NCBI GenBank assembly: GCA_964247135.1
Contig: CAXTTL010000112.1
Location: 1-15,500, forward strand
Direction of reading: 5' to 3'
From: an uncultured Deinococcales bacterium
GTDB lineage: Bacteria; Deinococcota; Deinococci; Deinococcales; JAAFIG01
Length of the DNA: 15,500 nt
The notes below the pieces were generated by a model. That model did not search any database. It was not told where the DNA came from and was given only the letters and a program-made list of their open reading frames with translations. Below, one piece after another: positions 1 through 8,298 of the stretch (position 1 is its first letter; each line of letters opens with the position of its first letter). The position numbers and the translations under genes are program-made.

Positions 1-1287
1 GAGGTGCATCAGCACCACTCGGTCTTGGAGTGGTGTTTGCTGGCTGGCTCGAGCATACATCTGGTGCAGGTTGACGGCAGGTTCTTGGCTGATGATGACC
101 TCGCCGTAGCCTTGGGCGAGGAAATCGACTTTTTGCGTCTCGAGTGCGGCGCGTTGCAACTCGGCAACGATGCCCAGGGACGTGAATTTGTGGGCGTTTG
201 GGTAGAACATGTGCTCTTCGATTTCGCCGCCCGCCGCTTTGTACTGCTCGAGGGTGAACAGCGCCGATCCGAGGCTGAATTCGCTTTGCAACATCATGCC
301 GACGATGTATTCGCCGCGCATTCCCAGGTTGTAACGGTTGCCTTTGAGGAAATCGTCCTGTTTGGCGAAACTGCCGACGCTGAGGGCCTTGAGCTGCTCG
401 AGCGCGATGATGCCCTCGCGGTAGGCGGCTTTGGCGATGGGGCTGCAGTCAAAGGCCAGGGTCATCAGGGATTTGAGGGCGCTTTCGCTCATGCCGTTTT
501 GTTTGGCGAGTGTTGCCGGGGTGACGCTGGTGAGCAATTCGGCAAAGGCTTCGGCTTGGTCGAGTGGGTCAACGTCCTCGCGTCCGTTGTTTTCTTCGAT
601 GGCCAGCAAACGGGCTTGTGAGTCGTTGGCGTTGATCAACCGTGTGCCGACCAAGAAGTTCTTTGGCAGCCAATTTTGTTCTACCGCGTACTCGATGGCG
701 AGCAGTCTGCGGTAGCCGTAGATGACCAAGAACTCTCCCCTGTTCGTCGGATGTGGGCGGATTGCGATGTCGTGGCGCAATCCGGTTTTGGTAATTGACA
801 GGGCGAGTCCAACCAAGCCTTTGCGGCTGGTCTTGCGTCTGGGGTTGTTGTTGGGTTCGCTTTTGATCTTCTCGAACGGTGTCAGGACGCGGACTTCTTT
901 GAGTTTGAGAACGTTGAGCCGGTCTTTATCTTTCTTGGCAAGGGCGGCTCGTGTGACGGTGCGATTGTGGAATCGGACGATGTCGTTTTCGATGGGTGCT
1001 CGAGTCAACGCTTGGTAGACGCCATTGAAGGTGTCGAGGGCGGCTTCGTCGTCGAAGGTAAAGCCGCAAAGCAAATCCGCCTGTTCGCCGTCTTCGGGTT
1101 CGTCGAAGGGAATGGCGCTCATGCCCATGAGCCAGCCACGAAGTTCGTCACCCAGAGCTTGGTCTTCTGGGAGGTCTATCGTGCCCAGGTTTTCGTCTTC
1201 GTCGAAGGCACAGGTCAAAAGGTGCTCGAGCGCTTTTTCGGAGAGGGTTTCGAGCTGGCTGGGCAGTTTGGTTTTGGTGTGGTTCAT
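1..1287 (-). CDS. parB: ParB/RepB/Spo0J-family protein (plasmid/ICE long type) with acidic N-terminal extension; runs off the left edge
   Basis: Absent from the ORF track because it has no stop in the window. Hand translation from ATG 1287 (RBS AGGAG 4 nt upstream) is open for 429 codons: MNHTKTKLP...NNNPRRKTSRKGLVGLALSITKTGLRHDIAIRPHPTNRGEFLVIYGYRRLLAI...ARLLAIEENNGREDVDPLDQAEAFAELL...YKAAGG. NPR, GxRR (706-717) and ENxxRED are ParB CTPase-domain motifs. Confidence 0.9.
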   Translation of the reverse strand, partial: MNHTKTKLPSQLETLSEKALEHLLTCAFDEDENLGTIDLPEDQALGDELRGWLMGMSAIPFDEPEDGEQADLLCGFTFDDEAALDTFNGVYQALTRAPIENDIVRFHNRTVTRAALAKKDKDRLNVLKLKEVRVLTPFEKIKSEPNNNPRRKTSRKGLVGLALSITKTGLRHDIAIRPHPTNRGEFLVIYGYRRLLAIEYAVEQNWLPKNFLVGTRLINANDSQARLLAIEENNGREDVDPLDQAEAFAELLTSVTPATLAKQNGMSESALKSLMTLAFDCSPIAKAAYREGIIALEQLKALSVGSFAKQDDFLKGNRYNLGMRGEYIVGMMLQSEFSLGSALFTLEQYKAAGGEIEEHMFYPNAHKFTSLGIVAELQRAALETQKVDFLAQGYGEVIISQEPAVNLHQMYARASQQTPLQDRVVLMHL

Positions 1288-1301
1288 GGTGCTCCTGAAT
1301 G

Positions 1302-1327
1302 AAAAAGCCGCGTCCGAGTAGACGCGG
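1302..1327 (-). terminator. Intrinsic terminator-like hairpin immediately upstream of the parB RBS
   Basis: Minus strand reads CCGCGTC-tactcg-GACGCGG-CTTTTT: a 7-bp GC stem (1308-1314/1321-1327) followed by a T run. Confidence 0.6.
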
Positions 1328-1345
1328 TACAGAGGGCGTTGGGCT

Positions 1346-1657
1346 TTAATCTCCGAGTTCGAGGTAACTGGGGTTGGCATCGTTGTCGAGCATGGCTCGC
1401 CAGAGTTCTTGAAGATCGTCGATCTGGGCGGAGAAGGGAATCGGGTCGTCTTGGGCGATCAGCCAGACGTTGAGTTCTTTGTTGATTGGGTCAAGGCTGA
1501 AGCTGACGTCCCGCAGACCGATCGGCAAGGTGATGGTCATGGTAGCGAAGAGTAATTGACGGTGGACGGTAAACCTTTGATTGAATCCTTTCAGTTCAAG
1601 CAGTGCGTTTGAGAGGGCTTGAAAGTCGGGGTGGTCACGTGGGTTGGCTTGTTCCAT
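1346..1657 (-). CDS. Hypothetical protein (103 aa, acidic)
   Basis: ORF with RBS GAAAGGA, starting 10 nt after the helicase stop and co-oriented with its neighbours. No recognisable motif. Confidence 0.7.
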   Translation of the reverse strand: MEQANPRDHPDFQALSNALLELKGFNQRFTVHRQLLFATMTITLPIGLRDVSFSLDPINKELNVWLIAQDDPIPFSAQIDDLQELWRAMLDNDANPSYLELGD

Positions 1658-1667
1658 GGCGTCCTTT

Positions 1668-4600
1668 CTAGGCTTTACAGAGGTGGTTGGCGTCGTAAAA
1701 GGTGGTCTTTTGGTCGATGGTGAACTTGGCGATCAAACGGTTCTTGTCGTTGATGTAAAAGCCTGAGATCACCCCCTTCTTTTCGCTGTTTTTCAGGCGC
1801 ACGGCGGTGTTGACGGTGAAAATGTTGAGATCACTCATGAAGCCGCCGTGTTTGATGGCGTCCTGGTATTCGGTACCGGTCGCATCGAGCGCCTGCTTTT
1901 GATAGCGCTCGAGGGCGACCTTCAAGCGGGCGATGGTGACCTTGTCGGTTTCGGTATGACCTTTTTTGCGGCGATCCGCTTTGGCGATTGCAAGCTCGAG
2001 GTTTTGCCAGGCGGTCAGGCACAGGGCGACTTGGCGCATCTGGCTGCGTTTGTGCTCGAGCTGGTTTTCCTTGTCAATTTTGAAGCGCAAAACTTCGAGT
2101 TTGGCTCGGGCGGCGACGGGGTCCGGGGCGAGGGCGGTCAGCATGTCCTCGTATGAGAGCATCTCGGAGTTGGCGATTTCTCGGGCGTTGCTTTCAAAGA
2201 GTTGTTCGCGCCAGCTTCGTTTGCCGCGCATGATGGCGTACAAGAGTCCGTCGAGTGTGCCTTTGGCGAGCAGGACATGGACGCGAACGCTTTGGTTGGT
2301 GTTGCCCTGCCTGGCGCCGCGTCCGTTGGTTTGATCCCAGGCTCCCGGGGACGGTGGGAGATCGACGTGAATGATGTCGGTCGTGCCGTGTTGCAGGTCG
2401 CCGCCAACCCCGAGTGAACCTCGGGTGGCGATCAGGACATCAAATTGTCCGTCGTTGTAGCGGTCGATGATCTCTTGGCGTTTGGCTCCTGGGGCGCGGC
2501 TGGCGGTGACGATGGCGATTCGTGCCTTGGGGATGCCGAGGCTCTCCATCTCCTGGGCGAGCCGTTCAAAAGCGTCGGGTCCTGGGGCTTTGCGGTTGGT
2601 GCGTCTGCCGTGTTCGTCGCGTTCGGCGGGTGCGCCCCAGTCGAGGAAGCACAACACCTGTCCGCCCGTTTTGACCGCCTCGCGGCTCAGGTAGGCGGCG
2701 TAGGCGTAGCGCGGGTTGAAACTGAAATTGTCTTGGGTGAAGAATGCTGGATCGAGCGCCAGCCCGCGCATGGCACCAAACAGTCTCAGTACCTCGGTGC
2801 CCTTGTCAAAGCGCGAGGCTTGCAGCAGGGCGTTGGCCTCGTCGCGTAGTTTCGAGTAATTGGCTTCCTGCAGTTCTGAGAGGTCAAAGGCGTGCTCGTG
2901 AATTTCGATGCTTGGCATCTCGAGTCCGACCATGCTGGCGGTGGCGTGGGTGATGTAACGGTTGAGGATGCCCCTCAGTTCGTGCATGTTCTTGAAGCTG
3001 GTGACGCCCGGTCGCACGGTCAAATTCCCGGCGAAATCGGGATAGATCACCGATTCGATCACGCAAAAGCGGTCGATGAATTGCTCCGTGCCGTGGATAC
3101 CGATTTCACTGAAAGCTTCAGCGGCGATCGGTTTCAGCAGCGAGTACAGCTCGAGCGGGCTGTTGTCGGCTGGGGTGGCGGTCAGCATGAAGATTGGGGT
3201 GGCGGTGTTGTGGCTGATGCGACTGGTGTAGCGGGCTTTGACGAAATTGTCGAGCGCCCGTCCCGATTCGGCGCCCGAACCGATGAAGGCGAGTTTTTTG
3301 CCGAGCACTTGGGGGGCGATGTGCAGGTTGCGAAACACACCAGCCTCGTCGGTGATGATCGCATCGATGCCGAGGTCTTCCCAGTTGATCCCCTGAATCG
3401 GGTGCTCGACCTCGATCACGTCCATGACGTTGGATTCAAAGCGTGCCAGGTCTTTGGTGAACGAATAATCGCTTGGCTTCTTGTCCGCATTTTTGAGCTT
3501 GTGGTGTTGTTTGGTGCGGTCCAGCGCCTCATCTCGCATGACGGCTTTGAGGGTTTCGCTGCCGAGTTGGAGGCGGCGATAGGTTTCGTGGCTCATGATG
3601 CCGGCATCAAAGGCTCCGAAGCTGAGTTGCAAGAGTTTTTGGCGCATGATTTCTGGGGTGTCGTCGATGACCTGATCGCCGACCTTGGTGATGCCGATGA
3701 TGACGATCCTGCGGTGCGGCAATGGCTCGACCACCTCGCGCAAGTATTTGAGCAGCAAGGGTTTGGGGACGGGGATGGCGACCCGGCTGGCCATGCCTTT
3801 GGAGAGCAGTCCCTCGAGAATCAAACCGGCAACCAGGGTCTTTCCCAAGCCGGTGCCGAGGGCGCTGACCCCGTTGCCGCGCTCGACGCGCAGGCTCGCC
3901 TCTTGAACCTGATAACGGTGGGGCTGCATTCCGCGCCAGTGGCTGAGGTCGAGCCATTCGGTCGGCTCGAGCGCCGAGGCGATCATGTAGCGGGAATTGT
4001 ATTCGCGTTCGATTAGTTCGCGGTGCTCCAAGTCGGTGGCGACAAAGGTTGTGAAACTGGCTTTAAGCCTGGCTTGCTTTTCGAAAGCTTCGTCCATCGC
4101 AGCTTTTCGCCTGCCGAGGTATTTGGTTTTACTCATCTCTCCAGCGCCGTCGATCAGCTCGGTTTTAAACTCGAACCTCAAATATGACTCGAGCATTTTG
4201 GCGTCGCGTTCCGCCAGGGGTTTCGTGATTCGCAACGCACGGCGTTCGCTCCTGTCGACGATTGAGACGTGCCATTGCTGGTCGTATTCGGCTTTCAAGT
4301 GCGGGTATTCGGTTTCGATCCAAGCCTTGACGACGTGGCTTGGAATGAATCCCTCCCGTCCAGAGAGTTCGATGTCCTCGATGCTGCGCCACTGGGCGAT
4401 GGATTCGAGTTTGGCGATCTGTTGCTCGAGTCTGGCTTGAATGGCTGGGTTGGTGGTGGTGTGCGCCTGGGCTTGGCTGAGGGCAGAGATGTGAAAGGCG
4501 TTGCCATTGGCGTAACTGCCCCAACTTTCCCAGGTGCCATTTGGGGTGAGTGCCAAACCTTCATCCTCGAGCAGTGTTTGCAGGGCTTGGTCGTAGGACC

Positions 4601-6167
4601 ACTCGAGTGAGAACGCCACGTTTTCGGCGGTCAGGGCTTTGTGCCTGAGCAATTTGGCTTTGGTTGAATCAAAATCCCTTTCGCGCTCGAGCGTTAAGAC
4701 CTTGGGTGTGGTGAGATCGGGGCTGAGGTCACCGTTTTTGGTGATTGCGCCAGTCAAAAGGTGCAGGCGCGGTTGGGCGCGGGTCAGGATTTGAAAGGCT
4801 TCGAGCTGGTGCGGGTTGCCGTGCTGAGCCAGAAAGTCTGCCGAGGCGCTCAAGGCTTTGAGCCTTGCCTCTTCGGTGATTTCGGGCGCGGCGTTGCCGT
4901 CGCGGCGAAACTCGAAAAAACGCTCAAGCCATTGCACGGTGCTTTTTGCGACGCGCAACAAGGGTGATTCTTTGGGGGCTGGACGCCAGATGTGCGCCAA
5001 GGTCGTGCTTTGACTGGTGTACCTGGCAACGATGTCCAGAACTTTGCCGCCATGCTCGGCTCCCTGCTTTAAAGGATAACCGCGCCCTTGAAGCCGTTTG
5101 ACCGCCTCAATGCAGAGGGTTTGGACCCGTCCGTGCGCCCAATGGCTCTGCTCGAGCGCCTGATGCAGGGCACCGAAAGTCATTGGCGCTGGGCTGACCT
5201 CGAGCAGTTTGGTATGCGACATTTGGTCGCACGCCGCCTCGAGGTCGCCGTCGACGACATCCCGTCCGAAACGTGTTTCTTTGATCACACCTGCGGTCAA
5301 AAATTCTGGATGGGTCTGGAAGAATGTCCCCTGCAGGTAATCGCGCTCAAAGTTGTTGATGGCATGGGCCGCCGCGACGGCGATCGAACCGTAAGCCCGC
5401 GCCAGTTCCGCCAGAACGTCACCGACCTGCCAGGGTCGTTTCTCGAGGAACAGCACATCCGTCTCGAGTTTTGCGCCTGAGTCCTCGAAGGTCGAGTGCG
5501 GAAGTCGGTAAACGCCTCGCAACCTGGCTCGAGCCATCAACACGGCACGGTCAGCCAGGTGACGCGCACTGGAGGTATAACCGCTGGGCATGATCAGTGC
5601 CAAAATACCACCATCGTTCAGTCGATCCAAACTCGCCTCGAGAAAATACATTGGGTAATCCTCGAGGTCGGGCTTGTCATCCAATCGACGTGCCCCGCGA
5701 GCGCCAAACGGAGGGTTGCCGACGACCACGTCAAAGCGGGCGTGGGGGTCAAAATCTTCAAAGGCGCAATTGATGATTTTGGCGTCTGGGTAGAGCAGTT
5801 GGGCAATTTTGCTGGCGGTGGCATCGATCTCAACACCGGTCACCAGTTCGTTGTTGACCCAGGGGAGGAAGTTCCCGATTCCGCACGAACCCTCGAGCAC
5901 GGTGACTTGCTGGTAATGGCTGGCGATGCCCACTTTTTGCCAAATGATTCTTGCCACAAGGTCTGGCGTGTAATATTCCTGGATGGCGGCGAGCGATGCT
6001 TCACCGCTTCCGGCTTGCAGGCTGCCGCGACCGGTGTAACGACGCAGGATTTCGCGCTGCTCGGGGCTGAGTTCGGTTCCAAGACTCAAGGTGTTTGCCA
6101 ATTGGCTGGCTTGTGCGTTGGCGTCGAGCCGCTGATGCCTGGTGTGCGGAGTTTCCTGATGCAGCAT
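1668..6167 (-). CDS. DarB-like fusion: N6-adenine DNA methyltransferase + SNF2-type SF2 helicase (1499 aa)
   Basis: MTase motifs: EYYTP, LEGSCGIGNF (SAM-binding motif I), GVEID, VVGNPPFG (motif IV, 5706-5717), YRLPHSTF, TDVLFLEKR. Helicase motifs: GTGLGKT (Walker A), ITDEAG (Walker B), LTATPADNSPLE (motif III), QTNGRGARQGN (motif VI). RBS GAAAGG. This architecture is typical of phage P1 DarB-like proteins on MGEs. Confidence 0.9.
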   Translation of the reverse strand: MLHQETPHTRHQRLDANAQASQLANTLSLGTELSPEQREILRRYTGRGSLQAGSGEASLAAIQEYYTPDLVARIIWQKVGIASHYQQVTVLEGSCGIGNFLPWVNNELVTGVEIDATASKIAQLLYPDAKIINCAFEDFDPHARFDVVVGNPPFGARGARRLDDKPDLEDYPMYFLEASLDRLNDGGILALIMPSGYTSSARHLADRAVLMARARLRGVYRLPHSTFEDSGAKLETDVLFLEKRPWQVGDVLAELARAYGSIAVAAAHAINNFERDYLQGTFFQTHPEFLTAGVIKETRFGRDVVDGDLEAACDQMSHTKLLEVSPAPMTFGALHQALEQSHWAHGRVQTLCIEAVKRLQGRGYPLKQGAEHGGKVLDIVARYTSQSTTLAHIWRPAPKESPLLRVAKSTVQWLERFFEFRRDGNAAPEITEEARLKALSASADFLAQHGNPHQLEAFQILTRAQPRLHLLTGAITKNGDLSPDLTTPKVLTLERERDFDSTKAKLLRHKALTAENVAFSLEWSYDQALQTLLEDEGLALTPNGTWESWGSYANGNAFHISALSQAQAHTTTNPAIQARLEQQIAKLESIAQWRSIEDIELSGREGFIPSHVVKAWIETEYPHLKAEYDQQWHVSIVDRSERRALRITKPLAERDAKMLESYLRFEFKTELIDGAGEMSKTKYLGRRKAAMDEAFEKQARLKASFTTFVATDLEHRELIEREYNSRYMIASALEPTEWLDLSHWRGMQPHRYQVQEASLRVERGNGVSALGTGLGKTLVAGLILEGLLSKGMASRVAIPVPKPLLLKYLREVVEPLPHRRIVIIGITKVGDQVIDDTPEIMRQKLLQLSFGAFDAGIMSHETYRRLQLGSETLKAVMRDEALDRTKQHHKLKNADKKPSDYSFTKDLARFESNVMDVIEVEHPIQGINWEDLGIDAIITDEAGVFRNLHIAPQVLGKKLAFIGSGAESGRALDNFVKARYTSRISHNTATPIFMLTATPADNSPLELYSLLKPIAAEAFSEIGIHGTEQFIDRFCVIESVIYPDFAGNLTVRPGVTSFKNMHELRGILNRYITHATASMVGLEMPSIEIHEHAFDLSELQEANYSKLRDEANALLQASRFDKGTEVLRLFGAMRGLALDPAFFTQDNFSFNPRYAYAAYLSREAVKTGGQVLCFLDWGAPAERDEHGRRTNRKAPGPDAFERLAQEMESLGIPKARIAIVTASRAPGAKRQEIIDRYNDGQFDVLIATRGSLGVGGDLQHGTTDIIHVDLPPSPGAWDQTNGRGARQGNTNQSVRVHVLLAKGTLDGLLYAIMRGKRSWREQLFESNAREIANSEMLSYEDMLTALAPDPVAARAKLEVLRFKIDKENQLEHKRSQMRQVALCLTAWQNLELAIAKADRRKKGHTETDKVTIARLKVALERYQKQALDATGTEYQDAIKHGGFMSDLNIFTVNTAVRLKNSEKKGVISGFYINDKNRLIAKFTIDQKTTFYDANHLCKA

Positions 6168-6186
6168 GGGTGCCTTTCATGACATG

Positions 6187-6211
6187 AAAAAACCCACAAC
6201 AAGTGTGGGTT
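6187..6211 (-). terminator. Intrinsic terminator-like hairpin just upstream of the MTase-helicase RBS
   Basis: Minus strand reads AACCCACA-cttgt-TGTGGGTT-TTTT, a perfect 8-bp stem (6191-6198/6204-6211). Confidence 0.6.
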
Positions 6212-6243
6212 GGTGGACAACTTTTGTTGTGATTGGCTACTGT

Positions 6244-6507
6244 TTAATTTGGTTTTTTACGCTCCCAAGGAACATATTCTGTGTCGGCATCTTCGATGTA
6301 CATGGCTTCGGGTGTCAGGTTGTTAAAGTACAAATTGGCGTGCTTCAATTCGCCCCATTTTGAAAGTCTGTAGGTGTCACCACCCTCGAGTTGAGCTTGC
6401 AGCCGTTCATGCGCTTGCTCGAGCACCTCTTTTTCGTCTTGGCTGTCTGACTCGTGGTCAAAGACGATACCCAATGTGTTGCCGAAGCCGATGCGGTATT
6501 TGTTCAT
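6244..6507 (-). CDS. Hypothetical protein (87 aa, acidic)
   Basis: ATG with GAGGA RBS, co-oriented, fills the gap between neighbours. Confidence 0.7.
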   Translation of the reverse strand: MNKYRIGFGNTLGIVFDHESDSQDEKEVLEQAHERLQAQLEGGDTYRLSKWGELKHANLYFNNLTPEAMYIEDADTEYVPWERKKPN

Positions 6508-6530
6508 GATATATTCCTCGAGTTTGAATT

Positions 6531-6998
6531 TTAAGATTTGTTTTGATCTTGCCCAATACGAACGCCCAACACCACACCTAACACGGTGGTGAAAATCGGA
6601 ACGAATACTTTAACCACGGTGTTGTCGAAGAAACCTTGTGCGATCACGATGCGACCTTCGATTAAACTGCGGTGGTTTTCTATTACCAGTTTAGCTTCTT
6701 CAGGTTTGATCGGTAAAGTTGGTGAGGGCACGCTGACGGCCTGTAGAAAAATCAATCCATAAAGGACACTCAATCCGAGAATCAAGACTCCCAGAACGAT
6801 CAGGATCACCACCGCCGTTTGAAACACCCAGCGCCAACGTTTTTCCTCGGTTGTTTCTTGGACACGGATGCCGACTTCTGCGGTTTTGTCGTCCGGTGAA
6901 CCAAGTCCGTTGAGAATATTGATTTGCTCGAGTTTTGCAATGGGAATCCCGCCAGGATTGGCGGGATTGGAGTCTTGCTTTTGCTCAGATTCACTCAA
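6531..6998 (-). CDS. Two-TM membrane protein, coupled to the upstream RHH gene
   Basis: The TTG start overlaps the RHH stop (TTGA). Hydrophobic segments are AVVILIVLGVLILGLSVLYGLIFL and VFVPIFTTVLGVVLGVRIG (GxxxG repeats). Confidence 0.75.
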   Translation of the reverse strand: MSESEQKQDSNPANPGGIPIAKLEQINILNGLGSPDDKTAEVGIRVQETTEEKRWRWVFQTAVVILIVLGVLILGLSVLYGLIFLQAVSVPSPTLPIKPEEAKLVIENHRSLIEGRIVIAQGFFDNTVVKVFVPIFTTVLGVVLGVRIGQDQNKS

Positions 6999-7198
6999 GG
7001 CAACACCAGTTCCTTGATGGGTTGATTTTGGCTGTCGGCAATTAGCAAACGGTCACCCAACTTCATGTTTGATTCGACGCTGAAATACAAGGCCATCGCC
7101 CGACGAACGATTTCAGCTTTGCTGACGTGACGCAAGTCCGAAAGTTGCGTGAGCTTTGAGTCGAATTGTTGGTCTCCATCGATGGTAAATCGTGCCAT
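6995..7198 (-). CDS. Ribbon-helix-helix (CopG/MetJ/Arc-like) DNA-binding protein, 67 aa
   Basis: Start moved to ATG 7198 because of a strong RBS AAGGAGGT (7203-7210). MARFTIDGD (strand), FDSKLTQLSDLRHV (helix), SKAEIVRRAMALY (helix) match the RHH pattern. Confidence 0.8.
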   Translation of the reverse strand: MARFTIDGDQQFDSKLTQLSDLRHVSKAEIVRRAMALYFSVESNMKLGDRLLIADSQNQPIKELVLP

Positions 7199-7212
7199 GA
7201 TAACCTCCTTTG

Positions 7213-7269
7213 ACTGCAATTTTACTGCAAATCGGCTGCAACGTCAAAAATGTCTTAAATTTACTGCAA
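7213..7269 (-). repeat. Four TTGCAG direct repeats overlapping the promoter (putative RHH operator)
   Basis: CTGCAA on the plus strand at 7214, 7225 and 7236 (exact 11-bp period) and at 7264. Confidence 0.7.
7219..7247 (-). promoter_or_regulatory. Sigma70-type promoter of the RHH operon
   Basis: Minus strand: TTGACG (7242-7247), 17-nt spacer, TAAAAT (7219-7224); both boxes match consensus 5/6. Confidence 0.75.
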
Positions 7270-7271
7270 GA

Positions 7272-7550
7272 TCAATTATTTTCATAAGGACCAAAAAGGG
7301 TTTCGGCAGTTTCCTGCTCGAGCCACTTGGCGATTTCGTTTACTTCTCCATCCGGCTCATGTCCGAGGCGTGATGTGATCAGGTCGTCAATACAGGTGTG
7401 GCGGATGGTCGCGCCCAGAGCTTGTGCGACCATCTCGAATACCTCAAGCACCTCACCATCGATTTGATCGTCATAAATCGAGTTCACAATTTTGTCATCG
7501 ACCACGAAGTAGGTGATATCGGTGTACCGTACAATCCAAAGTATTTTCAT
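7272..7550 (-). CDS. Hypothetical protein (92 aa, strongly acidic)
   Basis: Start moved to ATG 7550 (ATGA overlap with upstream stop, GGAGG RBS). About 19 D/E versus 6 K/R. Confidence 0.7.
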   Translation of the reverse strand: MKILWIVRYTDITYFVVDDKIVNSIYDDQIDGEVLEVFEMVAQALGATIRHTCIDDLITSRLGHEPDGEVNEIAKWLEQETAETLFGPYENN

Positions 7551-7720
7551 GGCTCCTCCGTTATATCGGTTATGGTCCATTCGCCTTCAAATTCCACTTT
7601 GCCGGCTTCCGCCGCTTGGTCTTCCTTTTCGACGAGCAATTTGGCTTCTGAGGCATCTTTGGCTTCGATGACATACTCAAAGTATTGTTTGGTTTCGGCG
7701 AAAACTTTATACTTGGGCAT
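7547..7720 (-). CDS. Small acidic hypothetical protein (57 aa), weakly reminiscent of DpnD/PcfM-like proteins
   Basis: MPKYKVFAETKQYFEYVIEAKDASEAKLLV...; overlaps both neighbours; about 15 D/E versus 7 K. Family resemblance is by eye only. Confidence 0.6.
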   Translation of the reverse strand: MPKYKVFAETKQYFEYVIEAKDASEAKLLVEKEDQAAEAGKVEFEGEWTITDITEEP

Positions 7721-8129
7721 GATTGACACCACAATCTTCTAAACTTGGTTGATCAACGCTGTTCCCCCAGCGATTGATGATTTCGTACCCGTTGTCAGAA
7801 GTGGCTCGGTAATCGGGATTGAGAACATCCAGTGGCAGACTTTCACGATAATCAACAAGATATTGATAAGCGAGACTGTGCGTGACGAATTCAATTTCTT
7901 TGCCATCGGGGCAAACAACACGGAACGGCGCCGATTGATCTGAAACATCATCTGCTTCCAGGCAAGCCATAGGCTCGAGGGTGATCCCGACCGCTTTGAG
8001 AATGGTGTCCACAGCTTCGTGGATTTCTTCGTCGATCATGTCAGGACGGAAAACATCTTGTCCCGTCTCCGAAGCGATTCGCGTTTTCTCGAGCCACAAT
8101 TCGCCGCCAACAGTATAAAGTCTAGGCAT
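7707..8129 (-). CDS. Hypothetical protein (140 aa, acidic)
   Basis: Start moved to ATG 8129 after a purine-rich RBS GAAGGGGAAG; begins MPRLYTVGGELWLEK. Confidence 0.7.
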   Translation of the reverse strand: MPRLYTVGGELWLEKTRIASETGQDVFRPDMIDEEIHEAVDTILKAVGITLEPMACLEADDVSDQSAPFRVVCPDGKEIEFVTHSLAYQYLVDYRESLPLDVLNPDYRATSDNGYEIINRWGNSVDQPSLEDCGVNHAQV

Positions 8130-8244
8130 TATTCTTCCCCTTCGGCTTGTATGACCAAGCAACGGTTTTGCCCCAACGATTGGTGAGCGTGAAACCGCAA
8201 ACATCATCTTATTCGTTTGAATTCAACTTGTGACGGAATATCAA

Positions 8245-8290
8245 AATTTGATCAGACTCGAGCTGTTTCAGCCGCGAGTCTGATCAAATT
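8245..8290. repeat. Perfect 16-bp inverted repeat with an inner 4-bp stem
   Basis: AATTTGATCAGACTCG (8245-8260) / CGAGTCTGATCAAATT (8275-8290); the spacer contains GCTG-ttt-CAGC. Confidence 0.9.
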
Positions 8291-8298
8291 CGCAATTT

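Noticed and set aside
1668-6167. Type IIG/III/ISP restriction-modification enzyme
   Set aside because: No nuclease motif or specificity subunit recognised; the architecture matches DarB-like MTase-SNF2 proteins.
4-6182. Long plus-strand ORFs (4..621, 2892..4016, 5496..6182, and similarly 12766..13395)
   Set aside because: Antisense shadows of motif-bearing minus-strand genes in GC-rich DNA; no RBS or motifs.
7213-7269. CRISPR array or iteron origin
   Set aside because: Repeats are only 6-10 bp with no spacers or rep gene; they overlay a promoter.
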